DNA from: a virus
Taxonomy: Duplodnaviria > Caudoviricetes
DNA length: 24,431 nucleotides
Virus record (IMG/VR): IMGVR_UViG_3300044676_003660
Location: 1 to 24,431 of that record
Reading direction: 5' to 3' (one strand)
The notes beneath the pieces are model-generated. The model ran no database searches and had not been told where the DNA came from. It worked only from the letters and a program-made list of their open reading frames with translations. A program made the translations under genes and the position numbers. Position 1 is the stretch's first letter. Each line of letters starts with the position of its first letter. Shown one piece after another: positions 24,279 through 24,431 of the stretch.

Positions 24279-24431
24279 GATTGCTCCTTGTGTGTAGTGG
24301 ATGGGTGTGTGTTGATGCAGAGCATCGGGGACGGCACCGCCCACACAGGGCGATGCCGCCGCCGTCGTCTACATCCTCCCTAGTCCTCGACGATGTAGGG
24401 CCAGACGAACCAGAGGCAGACCGTTCATCGC

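Noticed and set aside
24380-24431. 3' end of a minus-strand gene at the window edge
   Set aside because: The frame ending at the TAG at 24380 contains an upstream TGA; too little sequence to call.

Overview
A dense, bidirectional segment of a tailed dsDNA phage genome, probably a podovirus-like phage of an actinobacterial host. That assignment is an inference from the holin motif, the TANNNT leaderless-type starts, the high GC and a set of ejection-like genes with no tape measure gene here. The + arm (1-13100) encodes a 5'-truncated repeat-built tail fibre, an AT-richer adhesin-like protein, an amidase/PG-binding endolysin, three probable internal-virion/ejection proteins (the last is 2168 aa) and a small holin-like gene. 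The - arm (24431 to 13097) runs from small early genes through a DUF932 protein, a Cas4-like exonuclease, an SSB-like protein, a DnaB helicase, an AEP primase, a DUF6378 protein and RusA. It continues with a cluster of tiny Lys-rich proteins, a PD-(D/E)XK nuclease and a sigma70 region-4 protein. The most notable observations are: a split ADP-ribosyltransferase-like domain inside the giant virion protein; a free-standing micro-protein resembling a ribonucleotide reductase redox tail; a plant-OSB-type PDF motif in the SSB; a repeated palindromic promoter/operator; and a set of strand-specific long RNA hairpins in the early region. All family assignments come from motif recognition by eye; no searches were run.
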